Assembly (NCBI GenBank): GCA_003427395.1
Contig: BFEA01000034.1
Coordinates: 1,712,323 to 1,776,322, forward strand
Source of the DNA: Chara braunii
Lineage: Eukaryota > Plantae > Charophyceae
Direction of reading: 5' to 3'
DNA: 64,000 nt
The translations under genes and the position numbers were made by a program. This document shows positions 1 through 11,841 of this stretch, in pieces. The notes under the pieces were generated by a model. It worked only from the letters and a program-made list of their open reading frames with translations, had not been told where the DNA came from and searched no databases. Positions within the stretch are counted from its first letter, which is position 1; the number at the start of each line of letters is the position of its first letter.

Positions 1-10
1 CTGGAAAATC

Positions 11-12
<2 letters not shown>

Positions 13-83
<71 letters not shown>
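13..83. repeat. (TAA)n microsatellite
   Basis: Perfect TAA run read directly. Confidence 0.95.
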
Positions 84-85
<2 letters not shown>

Positions 86-358
86 GAAATATGAATATGA
101 CAAAATGAAAATCTAACTATCTAACTACTACCCTGTCTTGCCATCTGTCGTGCCCTCGTTTTCAAACGAGGCCAACTACAACAACTAACTCTAACTAACC
201 TATGATCTTGAGGTCACGGGTTCAAATCCCCGCCAGTCATCCGCGGGTGAAAACGGAAGTAAAGCTCCTTGTAAGAAAAAACTAACTCGAGGTCAGGGCA
301 GATTCAATCCCTGCATCTCCAGCTTGACAGTCTGCCCCAAAACCTACTGATCTAGCTC

Positions 359-1000
359 CTACTTCAAGTAGAAGAGGAGCTGCTCTTCTATATGTACAGG
401 AGTGGCGCTCAGTCCGCCTAGTGGCCTGAGCCCGTTTTCTAAGTATGCGTGTGTGCACGCCTGGTGGTTTACATGCCTGCCCGAGTACGTGTCGGCTTGA
501 ATGTGTGTACGACCAGCCAGGGTGCTTAGTTCATTGGAAGGCCCGAAGGGCTGGTACTTAGTCGTGGTCGCGACATTGAGGGTCGCGGCGGGAAAAACAC
601 TCAAGTGGCGGGTAGGCCGGTACCACTCCAAGAGAGATAGATGCACCGAGTACTCGATGTCGAGCAGAAGAAGATAAAATCTGATATTTTTAAAACAATT
701 GGTACCAATAGGTAGACAGGTACCAGGCCAAGTCTCAGTGTGTGCCGTAGATCTACCTGACACATTACTAACCCAATCATCCCTTCCACCTTCTCGGTCG
801 GAGGTATTACTACTAATCCTAACCATCACAGCGAGCGGTTTAACAACACGCGGGCATACTCTCCAAATTTTTCTCACCGATTCGCCCCGGCTTCAATGGC
901 CGAGGAAATCGTTTCAAGTGTGACGCCAAACGTGCACACCCTTTTCATCCCAAACTGGTTTCGTCATGGTAGCCGACGTCGTCGTTATGTCAAGTGCAAA
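359..1000 (-). pseudogene. Possible inverted C-terminal fragment of LINE ORF1
   Basis: KNIRFYLLLLDIEYSVHLSLLE resembles KRIKFFVPLMDVRFAHGQLEMLE at the ORF1 C-terminus of the LINE at 47249-47605. It abuts, in opposite orientation, the ORF2 starting at 1114. Confidence 0.3.
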
Positions 1001-1113
1001 AGCATTCTTGATCCGACAACGGTCTGTTGGAATATGAGCGACGAGTAGGTACAAATAACAATTCAGAGGCCTGAAGGTCAATTGTTGAGGACTCTGTAGT
1101 TAGCCAACGTAAT

Positions 1114-4100
1114 ATGGCACAACTGCTGCGAATCGCATCGTTGAATGTGAGAGGGTTGGGTGCATCCTCCTTCCGAACGAAGTGGAAGGAAATCAAGGGA
1201 CTGGTAGATCGAGACCGCATTCACATCCTCTGTCTACAAGAAACTAAATTGTCTGAAAACAAACTAACCGACGGAGAATTGTCGCCGGTCACCGCAAACC
1301 TCCGTGCCGGCTTCCAGCTTTGGGCACCTGCAATTGGCACGGCGGGGGGGGTGGCCATCCTTTGCACCAAGTATTTTAAGGGGCAGATTTTGGACTTTTT
1401 TGTGGATACACAGGGTCGCTGGGCTTGGGTGTATATTGACTTGGTCGGGGAGCGCGCCCTAATTGTGACGGTGTACGCCCCGTCACAGCTTAGGGACAAA
1501 TGCCAGTTTTGGAGAGCTTTTTCCGCTAACATCCCGGAAGTGGATAAACTAATTTTGATCGGCGACCTCAATACAGTGGTAGACTCGCCCCCTCGTTCTG
1601 ACACCCGCGCCCCCTACTCGCCTGATGTGCTCGCCATGATTGACGCCTTGACAGACATGGGGCTACAGGATGCTTTTAGAATACTCTGGCCCCATGAGAG
1701 AGGCGTCACATTGGTGGGACCGACCCTTAAAAAACGCAGCATAATTGATATGGCTTGGCTGTCTCAGGCCGCCATACAGTGCCTGTTGGATTTCAACATT
1801 GTCCCGGTGGCTCGCTCGGACCATAAGATGATCGCCATCGTCCTGGCGATCCCTACAGAGCTACATACCAGGCCCCCGCCGTCTACAGTCCCAGGGTGGA
1901 TTTTCTAAGAGGAGCGGTACTGCAATATGGCAAATCAACATTGGCTCTACTGGACACCGCTTCGACACCCGGATCAATCCGCCCTCCAATGGCTAACGGA
2001 TGGAACGGCGGCCCTGGCTAGATTGCTCAAGCAGGTCGTGCTCACCTCCAAGCGGACTTGGCGGCTCACAGCGGAAGACTTCATTAAAAGGGCGATGGAA
2101 TTGGGGGATGGCCCGTCGACAGAAGAAGGAAAGGAAGAATGGTGGATGAAATGGGTGGCGCTGCAGGATGAGTGGGAGGAGTGGCAGATTAAAGATGCGG
2201 AATCTTGGGGACTGCGTAACAAAGCCCAATGGACAGTAGTTGCGGGACGTATGACAAAGACGTTCTTCCGACGTCTCCACTTCAAACGGCCAGCCTCCAT
2301 GATGGTGACACTACAGGCCCCGTTCCAACAGGAGGGACCACTAGCTGACAACACCCAGGACATTCTGCAGTTTGCTCATGAGTTCTACCCCTACCTCTTA
2401 ACTGAAGAACAGTCCTGGCCGCCGGACGAAATGGCAATAGCCCCGGCCAAAGAAATTTGGCAGAAGATGGCCACAAGACTGTCGGACTCGGCCCAGAGAG
2501 ACCTCGACGAGCCAATCAACGAGCAGGAGATCTGCGAGGCGTTGGCGAAAATGCCCTCAGGGAAAGCCCCGGGACAAATGGAATGCCTGTGGAACATCTC
2601 AAGGCCTGCGTGGATATGCTCCCGCCGCATCTTCTCGAGGGCTTCAACGACGTTAGACAGGGAGTCAAACCCCTCCCCAAGGATTTTGGCCTTGCTACTA
2701 TCATTCTGGTGCATAAAAAGGGCCCTCCCAAAGAGATCCGCAATTGGCGCCCCATTTCCCTGCTGTCGGCCTCGTACAAGCTTCTGGCGAAGATTTTGGC
2801 GAACCGCCTTGCCCGCAAGCTTCCCCAAATCATCGACTCCACGCAAACAGGCTTCATCCCAGGCGGATCTTAACTAAGATTTTGCTCGCTAGGCAGATAG
2901 TATGGCAAGCCTCATATCATGACCCGCCCCTGGCGTTTGTCCTGCTTGACTTTGAGAAAGCTTATGATCGAGTCTCGTGGTCATTCTTGGTCGAAGGCCT
3001 GAGACAAAGGGGATTCGGCCCGAGATTCCTCGCCATGGTCAAGTGCCTCCTGGGGTCGGTTGCATCTCGACTCTTGATCAATGGCTATCTGTCGGAGCCG
3101 ATTGTCGTCACGTGCTCAGTTCGTCAGGGCTGCCCCTTGTCCTCGACACTATATGCACTATACATCGAATATCTGCATGAAATGATCAGAGCAGACGAGG
3201 AGCTGGAGGGTCTGCACCTCCCGGGTGGTAGACAGCTCAAATCATCCACGTTCGCGGATGATACTGGCGCAGTCACCGCAACCACTTTGGTCAGCGTCCG
3301 GGCGCTGTGGAAGCAGGTGAGTACCTTCGAAAAGTTTGTAGGGGCCCGCATGAATTGGCACAAGCCGGTGGCCCTGGTGCCCGACTTGACTACAACCCCC
3401 CTGTTCGAAGGAATGAGGGTCCAGCCAACAACAGAAACAGCAACCTATCTGGGCATAGAGCTTCCTTGGGCCCTCACTGATCGCTCCCAGATGGAGCAGT
3501 TGATGCGAAAAGCGGCCACGTGACTCGCCCTCTGCGGCAAAACTCTGGACGCTGGGATATTCAGCAGAGTGCTCCTCTCGAACACAGCGGCCTCGGCGAT
3601 GCTCTGGTATGCAGCCCCGGTCTCAACCCCTGAGCTTGTCCCTCAGCGTGGGTACAGATTTGCGCTTTCCAAGTTCATCTGGACGAACGAACTGTTTGCT
3701 CCACACGCTATCCATTGGGTCTCCTCGCGCAAGCTCATCCAACCGAAAGCAAGTGGGGGACTGGGCCTGATCGATCCGGCCACCCAGATACAGGCGCTGC
3801 AGTTGCGCACATTAATCTGGCTCCTTCTGGAACAGGACGACGCTCCCTGGAAGATTCTCACGTTGCAGACTATGGCCGAAGCAGCCCGACTGCACCCGAC
3901 GGATATGGAGATGGCCCTGATGCAACCGGCCATTCTTACTGAGCTCAAACGAGTCACTCTTTGGTTTCCGTTCTTGAAGGCATGGCGAGAGCTGGCACCA
4001 CTCGCCCTCAAACCACCGGAGTCAACAGAGCACATTCTCCAGCAGCCATTGTTTGGCAATCCGTTGATACGGGATAGCAACGGCGAACAGTTTCCATGGG

Positions 4101-5227
4101 CAAGCCCCAGAGGCACTTTTGGTAAAGCTTGGCTTAAAGCCGGAGTCGCAAGAATAGCAGACCTCTAGGACCGACAGGCTAATGATTGGCAGCAGGAGGC
4201 GGCTCTGCTCAAGCAGTTGGATGGCCAGACGCATAAAAAGGACCGGCTGCAGTGCAGTAAGCGGGCGATTCCGGAGAAATGGGTGGAGGCTCCCAAGATG
4301 ATCCAGAGGTTCGATAGGGAATGGGTGACGATGAGATCTGAAGACCCGGTGCACCTGGTATTTCAGATCACGGTGCACGTCGGGGAGAACTGAGTGGTGG
4401 CCGAAGCCTGGGAGAATCCTCCCTCTGACACTGCACTCGGACATCCCTTGGTCCGCGGCCCGACCAGAGACGGGTGGGTGCCCAGGGACCTCGTCAGACC
4501 TATCACAGTGGTCACGGATAGGAAAGCTCTGGGTCGGGGCGCCCACCACGTCTTCTGCCTAGACAAGCGTCCATCGCAGCTGGAGGTCGACCCTGCAATG
4601 TGGACCTGGAGGAAGCAAGGCCTTCAACGCCACGCCCTCCCGTTGCATCAAGTCTCCATGAAAGCTATCTATACATCGCTGTCTACTCCCTATCGGATGG
4701 ACCAGGAACTCCGACATCGATGGGCTAGAAAGGAATGGATCACGGGGGCCCTAACTGCAAAATGGTCCCCTGCCGCATGGAAGTCTATGGCCAGCCGCCT
4801 CCAGACGCTTCCCAATCAGAAGCATGCAGGACTTTTATGGTTGAACATACATCTGGCGCTCCCAACAAACCAGTGGATTGCGAAGCGTTCATCTTTCTCA
4901 GACGGGAGGTGCCTACACTGTGCTGCAGAATGCGAGGATATCCCGCATGTATGGAGCGGTTGCACCCCGCAACAAAAATTCTGGAAGTGTTGGAGACAAG
5001 AGGTGGGCGGCGACATCGACGAGATGCGACCAGATGATTGGGCCGACTGCTTATCGGTCGGCCCGGCCTTTATGGACCCCCCGCTTCGAGGTCAACGGGC
5101 GTATGCCATCGAGATCATCAAGGCGGCCTTTTTGGGAGTGGTCAGGAAACTCAGAACGCAGCTTCTCTTTCAACAGCGCCCTCCTACCTTCGCGGCGTTG
5201 CGTGCAATGACTCTTGTTAATCTTTGA
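1114..5227 (+). mobile_element. Decayed L1/Tx1-like LINE ORF2 (APE endonuclease, reverse transcriptase, C-terminal Cys/His finger)
   Basis: APE motifs SLNVRGL, LCLQET, VYAP, GDLN, SDH. RT motifs NWRPISLL, LDFEKAYDRV, VRQGCPLS, FADD. C-terminal CLHC...HVWSGC. Broken by several stops and frameshifts (e.g. 1908, ~2575, ~2870, 3523, 4168). Confidence 0.93.
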
Positions 5228-5975
5228 ACGACCATTGATGCGGACGTCAAAAGGAAATCGGCCACGGCATGGCCCCTCCTTAAGCAAATCTGGGCGCCAT
5301 ATTCCAAATTGGTGCAGATCCACGATCAGCCGGGGTCCTGGAAATGGATCCCTGATGTTGCGATTGGCCTCTCGGAGGGATCACAGTGAGGGGGCAGACA
5401 GCGGAGTTTGGAGGGTGCGATTGGCCGCTTGGAGGGACCACGGTGAGGAGGCTAGCAAGTGTTGAAGAACGGTTAGTGCAAATACTATAGGAGTGTGTCA
5501 GCAAGAAGAAATAGATGTACGGTGGGGATTCTAAATAGTTTAGGTGGTGTAGGGGGGAGATTGAGGAATAGGGTGGAAAATCTGATAAGTAATTGGTTGT
5601 CTGAATAATGAGTGTAGAAGTGGTGGTTTGGCAGGATTTGAGATCATAGGTATGGTAAGTCCCGCAGTTGCTGCGGTTGAAACCTTCATAAACCCCTTGG
5701 AAGGGGATTGATACGAAGACAGTCGGGAGAGAGAAACTATCACATTGTAAGAAAAAATGAATAAGAGGTAGAGGGCATATGGCCTTGAAATGGAAACCCC
5801 ACCCCGCCTGGCTAAGTATAGAAGGACCGGAGTGGTCATAGAAGCAAGAGGGGGGATTGAGTTAGAAGTTTGGAATAAGTTTCGGTGGCTTTTTGTGTCA
5901 TTACCTTCGGGGGGAGTGAGGGGCTTGCCTTTAGGCATTGCAGGTTTCGCCATCTCAGGCAACCTCTTCTGTGTC

Positions 5976-6320
5976 TGCAACAAAAAAAATGTGGCAATTT
6001 TTTTGCCACGTTGAACCTATGTTGACACCACATTTCAACTGTTTATAAACCGTTGGCTGGGGGGGGGGCATGTGTTCAACACAAACTGAAGGAAACCAAC
6101 ACTGACCGTATATTGGGGACACTGAAACTTGTGTGTTCAACTGTTGGATCAACTGTTGATAGACAGTTGGTCCAACTGTTGATCCATTGTTGGTAGCTTG
6201 TTGAAATCTTGTTGAANAGTTGTTGAAATGTTGTTGAAACCTTGTTGAAATGTGTTGAAACGTGTTGAAAGTGTGTTGGAATGTGTTGAAATGTGTTGGA
6301 CCGTGTTGAAACAGGGTATT
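5976..6320 (+). repeat. Putative left TIR and GTTGAA-rich subterminal repeats of a CACTA/Plavaka-like DNA transposon
   Basis: CAACAAAAAAAATGTGGCAATTTTT (5978-6002) matches the reverse complement of 41647-41671 at 21/25 positions. It is followed by dense (T)GTTGAA repeats. Confidence 0.55.
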
Positions 6321-6520
6321 GGACCGTGCACAATAGCAGTTTCGGTTACGGGTCATTTGCGTTGTCCGGGGGTGGGTTGTAGCTGTGTTTTCCTCGTTTA
6401 AGAACTGAGCACGTTTTGGAGTACGAAGATCACATGGGCGAGCGTTGGGTTTGCGCGCGTCGACCGGGCACGTGATGATTGCAGTGACTGATGGAATTGA
6501 GGGATCAGAGACTGATGATC

Positions 6521-6573
<53 letters not shown>

Positions 6574-6682
6574 TGTTGTAGGCTGCCGAAGAACACATTT
6601 TGGGCCTCGTACAAACAAGGTTGACTTTCGGTGTCCGACGAAGACATTTCGATTAAATGTTGGGCTGCCCTCGTACAAACAA

Positions 6683-7003
6683 GGTTGACTACTGCGGGCC
6701 GAAAATTGTCCAACACGGCGGTGTCCAACACAATTTGGCACGCAGTAGCCAACCTTCCTTTTCTGTGCCCCTAAGATTGTTGTGCGTGGGGAGCCGAAGT
6801 CCACGTCACCCTGCCCTGCAACAAACACTTTTCACCACAGGTTAACAAAATTTTTGGACTTATTCTCTCACGTGTACGGAGCAGACGTGGGAGACCATCG
6901 ATTAAATGCTGGGCTGCCCTCGTACAAACAAGGTTGACTACTGCGGGCCGCAAATTGTCCAACACGGTAGGGTCCGTCACATTTTGGCACGCAGTAGCCA
7001 ACC
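6683..7003. repeat. Two 72-bp inverted-repeat modules, class A (GGTTGACTACTGCGGGCC-N36-GGCACGCAGTAGCCAACC), in a ~250-bp tandem duplication
   Basis: Arms at 6683-6700/6737-6754 and 6932-6949/6986-7003. Confidence 0.9.
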
Positions 7004-7347
7004 TTCCTTTTCAATGCCCCTAAGATTGTTGTGTTCCATTCTATATAAGGCGATTTGGCGTGGGGAGCCTAAGTCCACGTCACCCTGCCCTGCAACAAAC
7101 AAGTTTCACCACAGCTTGACAAAACACATTGTCGTGTCATGTTACCATTACAGAGTCAGCCGCACACACCACTCAATCGCACAAAGATGAGCATTACAAA
7201 TGTTTGTACAATTGTGTATCAAAAATAACAGAAGTTGTGTAGTTATCAGACTGTATGGAGCATACGGCTCGCAATCCTCAGGCGGTGCACGTGCGTGCAA
7301 GCACTCGCTCTCTCTCTCTCTCTTCTGCAAAATTGAAGGTCTTCATA

Positions 7348-7403
<56 letters not shown>

Positions 7404-7948
7404 TCTCTCTCCTGCACCGATTGTGGCCTTCGATTTTGCATCTCCTGGTTCGAAACGTCTACAAAAAGAACCTTTCGTTCCACCGTTTGGTCATTGCCCC
7501 GTATCCTCCCTTCCATGTCGAAAAGTCGCCAAACTGTCCCTCGTTGTTCAGGGTGCGGCGCACAGACTGTCGGTGCGCCTGTCCCCGTCTCCGGCTGCTG
7601 TACTCTGAGGGAGAATGAACTCGATGTCGTAATCGTCATCCGTTATTGTGGTGCTTGGAGGCCCAGGCCTGTGGACAGACGGCGTGCCAGAGCGAAAGAG
7701 CGCTGCTGCCTTCTAGGCCACGGATACGGAACGGTCCAGTTTGAAGACGGAAAAACTCATTACTGTGTCTCGGCTACGGAGAGATGAGACGATTGCCTGC
7801 TTTATAGATACCAATTTTTCTATCTGCTACGCAGCTCGTGTCGTCTTCGTTGTCTGTTCTATCTCACATTGAATGACCATCTCCGCAAAAGCCAGTTGCT
7901 GCATGGTGACGCCCAGGTTCCAGCCTTCCTTCCTCATCTGAAAAACTT

Positions 7949-9325
7949 TTAAGAGTGTCGTCTGAAGGCGGGGGCGCCCCACGGATCGTCGCCGCTCCGT
8001 CTCCACGTCTTGTTCTCCTTCATCTCGGTGCGCATCTTGTTGCGAGCGAGGAGGTGGTGGTCCATTTGCTGCGATCCGACGAGCGGAATTCCCCTATGAC
8101 AGCTCGAATCCCGCATTCTGCTATGTGAGACCGCAGCCCTTCCTCTGCTGTCTCCCCTGCCAGTTTCGCCGTCGCTTGCACCGCCGCGAAAAACGCGTCC
8201 TCTGTCGGGTACAGAGTTGCGTCGTTTGCCGCAGAGAACGCAAAGGCTTTGGCAACGGAACGCAACAGTTTGCCCTTCATTTTCTTCGCGAATGCGGCGC
8301 CCTCGTCCTTCGGTCCTTGCACGGCTCCGCCGCTTGCAAGCACTTTCGTTCGTGACGTTGCGATCGGTGGGAAACAGAAGACACAACGCACAGGAGAGTG
8401 TTAACAACTCAGCGCCTTGTTTTGAATACAGCACTTGCAAAATTGAAGATTCGACTATCAGCTGTGCGTTTACAATGACACTTCTCCGTGCGTAAAGGCG
8501 TGCACCGCGTGGGGGCACGGGATTATGTGATCGGAGTGGGAGGGGAGTCAGTGCGACGAGGGGTTTTTTACCTTTTCCGGCGGCGCTGACGTGCTGTACG
8601 ATTTGTCTGTCACCGACACGCTCCTCAGTGTCGCTGCCATTGCGTGCCTGCCATTCTCCTTCTCTGCGCAGCGTCCTCGAAGGAAATGACGAACCACCTC
8701 TTTCCGAAGCGGCGCTCTGGTCTTCGCCGGTTCTCTCGCTGGCCGACTTGCCGTCGCTGTCGTCGTCCTCATCGGTGTCTTGCGATTGTCTGNGGGAAGA
8801 ATCGTTGTCGTCTCCCTCGTTTCCTGGCTCCTCGTCCTCCGCACCATCTGACTTCTCTGGCGCAGAACGGTCGTGTTCCTCCTCTTCTTCCACTTGGGGT
8901 CCACTGTGCCTGTCGTCAGACCCTCTAATATCGATTGTCTCCATTGTTCTGTCGTCTTTGTAGGATATTCTCTTCTTTGTTCTGCGGTGCGTAGTCGCGC
9001 TTCTATCATCCCGCGATCTTTTTTCCGGGACCCTTGGCGGACGGTTCTCGGCGCCGCTTCCGCGCTTTCCCCGGACGGGGGTCGAGGGGGGCGACTCGTT
9101 ACGTTCTTTCAGCGTTGAAATCTCCCGTGCACTCGAAGGGACTGTAACTTTCGATCCGGATTTGCGGGTGCGCTTGTGCTCCGTTTTCGTAGAGGGGCCG
9201 GCGCCGCTTCTGCAATGCTCTTTCGACTGCTTCTTTTCGGCCCTCGATTTCTTCCGGCACTTGTCCTTCTTTCCCGCGGCTTTCAAAGACCTGCACAGAT
9301 CCTCGTATTTTGGCCTTGGAGCCAT
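7949..9325 (-). CDS. Uncharacterised transposon cargo ORF or exon (Lys/Arg-rich N-terminus, acidic middle)
   Basis: Long ORF from MAPRPKYEDL with low-complexity charged sequence. No recognisable domain; probably spliced or decayed. Confidence 0.35.
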   Translation of the reverse strand: MAPRPKYEDLCRSLKAAGKKDKCRKKSRAEKKQSKEHCRSGAGPSTKTEHKRTRKSGSKVTVPSSAREISTLKERNESPPSTPVRGKRGSGAENRPPRVPEKRSRDDRSATTHRRTKKRISYKDDRTMETIDIRGSDDRHSGPQVEEEEEHDRSAPEKSDGAEDEEPGNEGDDNDSSXRQSQDTDEDDDSDGKSASERTGEDQSAASERGGSSFPSRTLRREGEWQARNGSDTEERVGDRQIVQHVSAAGKGKKPLVALTPLPLRSHNPVPPRGARLYARRSVIVNAQLIVESSILQVLYSKQGAELLTLSCALCLLFPTDRNVTNESACKRRSRARTEGRGRRIREENEGQTVAFRCQSLCVLCGKRRNSVPDRGRVFRGGASDGETGRGDSRGRAAVSHSRMRDSSCHRGIPLVGSQQMDHHLLARNKMRTEMKENKTWRRSGDDPWGAPAFRRHS

Positions 9326-10076
9326 CACCCCTTTTTTCCCACATGCATCAAAGTGGAATAAGAACCACAAGTGCGTCAGTGNNNNNNNNNNNNNNNNNNN
9401 NNNNNNNNNNNNNNNNNNNNNNNNNNNNNNNNNNNNNNNNNNNNNNNNNNNNNNNNNNNNNNNNNNNNNNNNNNNNNNNNNNNNNNNNNNNNNNNNNNNN
9501 NNNNNNNNNNNNNNNNNNNNNNNNNNNNNNNNNNNNNNNNNNNNNNNNNNNNNNNNNNNNNNNNNNNNNNNNNNNNNNNNNNNNNNNNNNNNNNNNNNNN
9601 NNNNNNNNNNNNNNNNNNNNNNNNNNNNNNNNNNNNNNNNNNNNNNNNNNNNNNNNNNNNNNNNNNNNNNNNNNNNNNNNNNNNNNNNNNNNNNNNNNNN
9701 NNNNNNNNNNNNNNNNNNNNNNNNNNNNNNNNNNNNNNNNNNNNNNNNNNNNNNNNNNNNNNNNNNNNNNNNNNNNNNNNNNNNNNNNNNNNNNNNNNNN
9801 NNNNNNNNNNNNNNNNNNNNNNNNNNNNNNNNNNNNNNNNNNNNNNNNNNNNNNNNNNNNNNNNNNNNNNNNNNNNNNNNNNNNNNNNNNNNNNNNNNNN
9901 NNNNNNNNNNNNNNNNNNNNNNNNNNNNNNNNNNNNNNNNNNNNNNNNNNNNNNNNNNNNNNNNNNNNNNNNNNNNNNNNNNNNNNNNNNNNNNNNNNNN
10001 NNNNNNNNNNNNNNNNNNNNNNNNNNNNNNNNNNNNNNNNNNNNNNNNNNNNNNNNNNNNNNNNNNNNNNNNNNNN

Positions 10077-11109
10077 AGTTTTGATAACTTCCAGTACGTC
10101 CTTGGCCGTCAGATCCTTTGTCGCGGTTCTTCCAAGAAATTGTATTACGGTGGTAGCGATACAACACACATAAACACCACCGTCCGTGTGATTGTTCTGT
10201 TGCGGGCATTCCGCATGCACAAGTTTACTTCCTTCCAGATCCCTGCATGTCACCCACGAAAAATGAACCTTTTTGGGTTTCAAAGCCTGCAAATTCGATG
10301 CCTCGTGAAGGTACTCGTGCCACAAAAGTGTTCACAACGCCGTCCATTCGTCTCGGTTTTTTTCTCTCATTGAGTCAACGACGATAGCAATGGGAGGGTC
10401 GGATATGCGGCTGTCCGCAGTGACCTCCAAGAAGGACCTCGCATTCAGCAACAAAAGAAGAATCCAGTGTTTGTTACGGTTCACTGGTATCACAGTGACC
10501 GGCGCGCGTCGCAGTTCGTTGCTCAGTCGATGCAATTTTTGTGGTCTCTTCTTAATTGCGTCCTCCCATCTTTTTTTCGTCATTTCCAAATTTTTGATTG
10601 GCGACGACCTCGGGGTGCCAGAAAGTTATGCAGACATGAACATAAGACCTGTCCTGGCCCCGCCCAACCTCTTCATACACAGACTGCAAATAAATGTCAA
10701 TAATATTGTCGTTCAGCCATCCGTCTTCCGACAACCGTTCAATGTCGGATTTTGATACGGGTATGGCGTGTTGCGGAGATTTCCATGTAAAAGGGAACAA
10801 TTCGACCACGTCAGTGATGTCGGTCTGCTCATCTCTCACTCTTGTCTTGTCCCCTGCTTTCCGTTTTCCCATACAACAGAAAGACTGTTCCCCGCAGGAC
10901 TGGAGCCACTCTGCTGCACCCTCAGTCAGTAAATCGTACATTTTCGCGCACCATGGGTCTGATAACATGTCCTGCCAGCTCTGTGCTGACCTCTGGCTCC
11001 TCGATGGCAACAACGGTTTTCCGTCCCTGGCACCATTACCCGTTTCGGTGCGCTGGTATGGCCCCTTCGCAACGGCCGACCAATTACTACTGTTGTGCGA
11101 CTCTGCCAT
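10077..11109 (-). pseudogene. Ulp1/SENP-family (peptidase C48) SUMO protease, frameshifted
   Basis: DIERLSEDGWLNDNIIDIYL, IPVNRNKHWILLLL (catalytic His), VVDS (Asp), CPQQNNHTDGGVY (Gln retained; the usual DCG reads DGG). Split over several ORFs and runs into the N-gap. Confidence 0.88.
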
Positions 11110-11370
11110 CGTTGATCCCCTTCTCTTACCTGCACCCTGTTACTCTATGTTCCGTGTCGCTTCTCCCCCTTCGCCCCCTCCCCTGTTACTCTGCAAGCGT
11201 CAGAACCAGGAATTAAGCAAGACATGAACGCCAGAACGCATGCAAGTAAATACATATAAAACGGTTGCGACAGAGACACAGAGAGAGAGCCCTATTCCGG
11301 ACCCAGATATAGAGACAATCGCCACGAACAAAGAAACTGTTGGATGGATCGCCATTCTGATGTTGACCGA

Positions 11371-11437
11371 AGTTGGCTACTGCGGGCCAAAAATACACAT
11401 GCACATCGATGCGTGTGCCGGTGGCCCGCAGTAGTCA

Positions 11438-11440
<3 letters not shown>
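11371..11440. repeat. 70-bp inverted-repeat module, class A
   Basis: AGTTGGCTACTGCGGGCC-N34-GGCCCGCAGTAGTCAACC, next to (CT)n. Confidence 0.9.
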
Positions 11441-11494
<54 letters not shown>

Positions 11495-11495
11495 N

Positions 11496-11554
<59 letters not shown>

Positions 11555-11770
11555 GCTATGAAAAAAGCGAAAGAAATGACAACGTTGCAAAGGGGGAAAA
11601 AATAATTGCAAAGACGCACCCTCCTTCCTTCTCTCTCCCTATCTTTCTTTCTGTCTTTTTTTCGCGCAGGGGATTGGAGGTGCGACCTATCCACATTCAT
11701 TGAAAAAAAAATGTATGTACATGAAGGTTACACTAAAGAAATAGTAATCTGTTAATTTCATTTTTCTATT

Positions 11771-11841
11771 GGTCGGTAGGTGCATATTAATTTTTGTACA
11801 ATTTATATGTCTAGCGTTAATGTAGTATGCACCTACCGACC
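11771..11841. repeat. 71-bp inverted-repeat module, class B (GGTCGGTAGGTGCATA-N39-TATGCACCTACCGACC)
   Basis: Perfect 16-bp arms read directly. Confidence 0.9.

Noticed and set aside
5540-5975. Possible Penelope-like ORF relic continuing at ~14740-15100
   Set aside because: Only faint motif resemblance, and no TSD links the two flanks.
9382-10076. Long ORFs spanning N-runs (also 32487-32790 and 39683-40288)
   Set aside because: Artefacts of assembly gaps translated as X.
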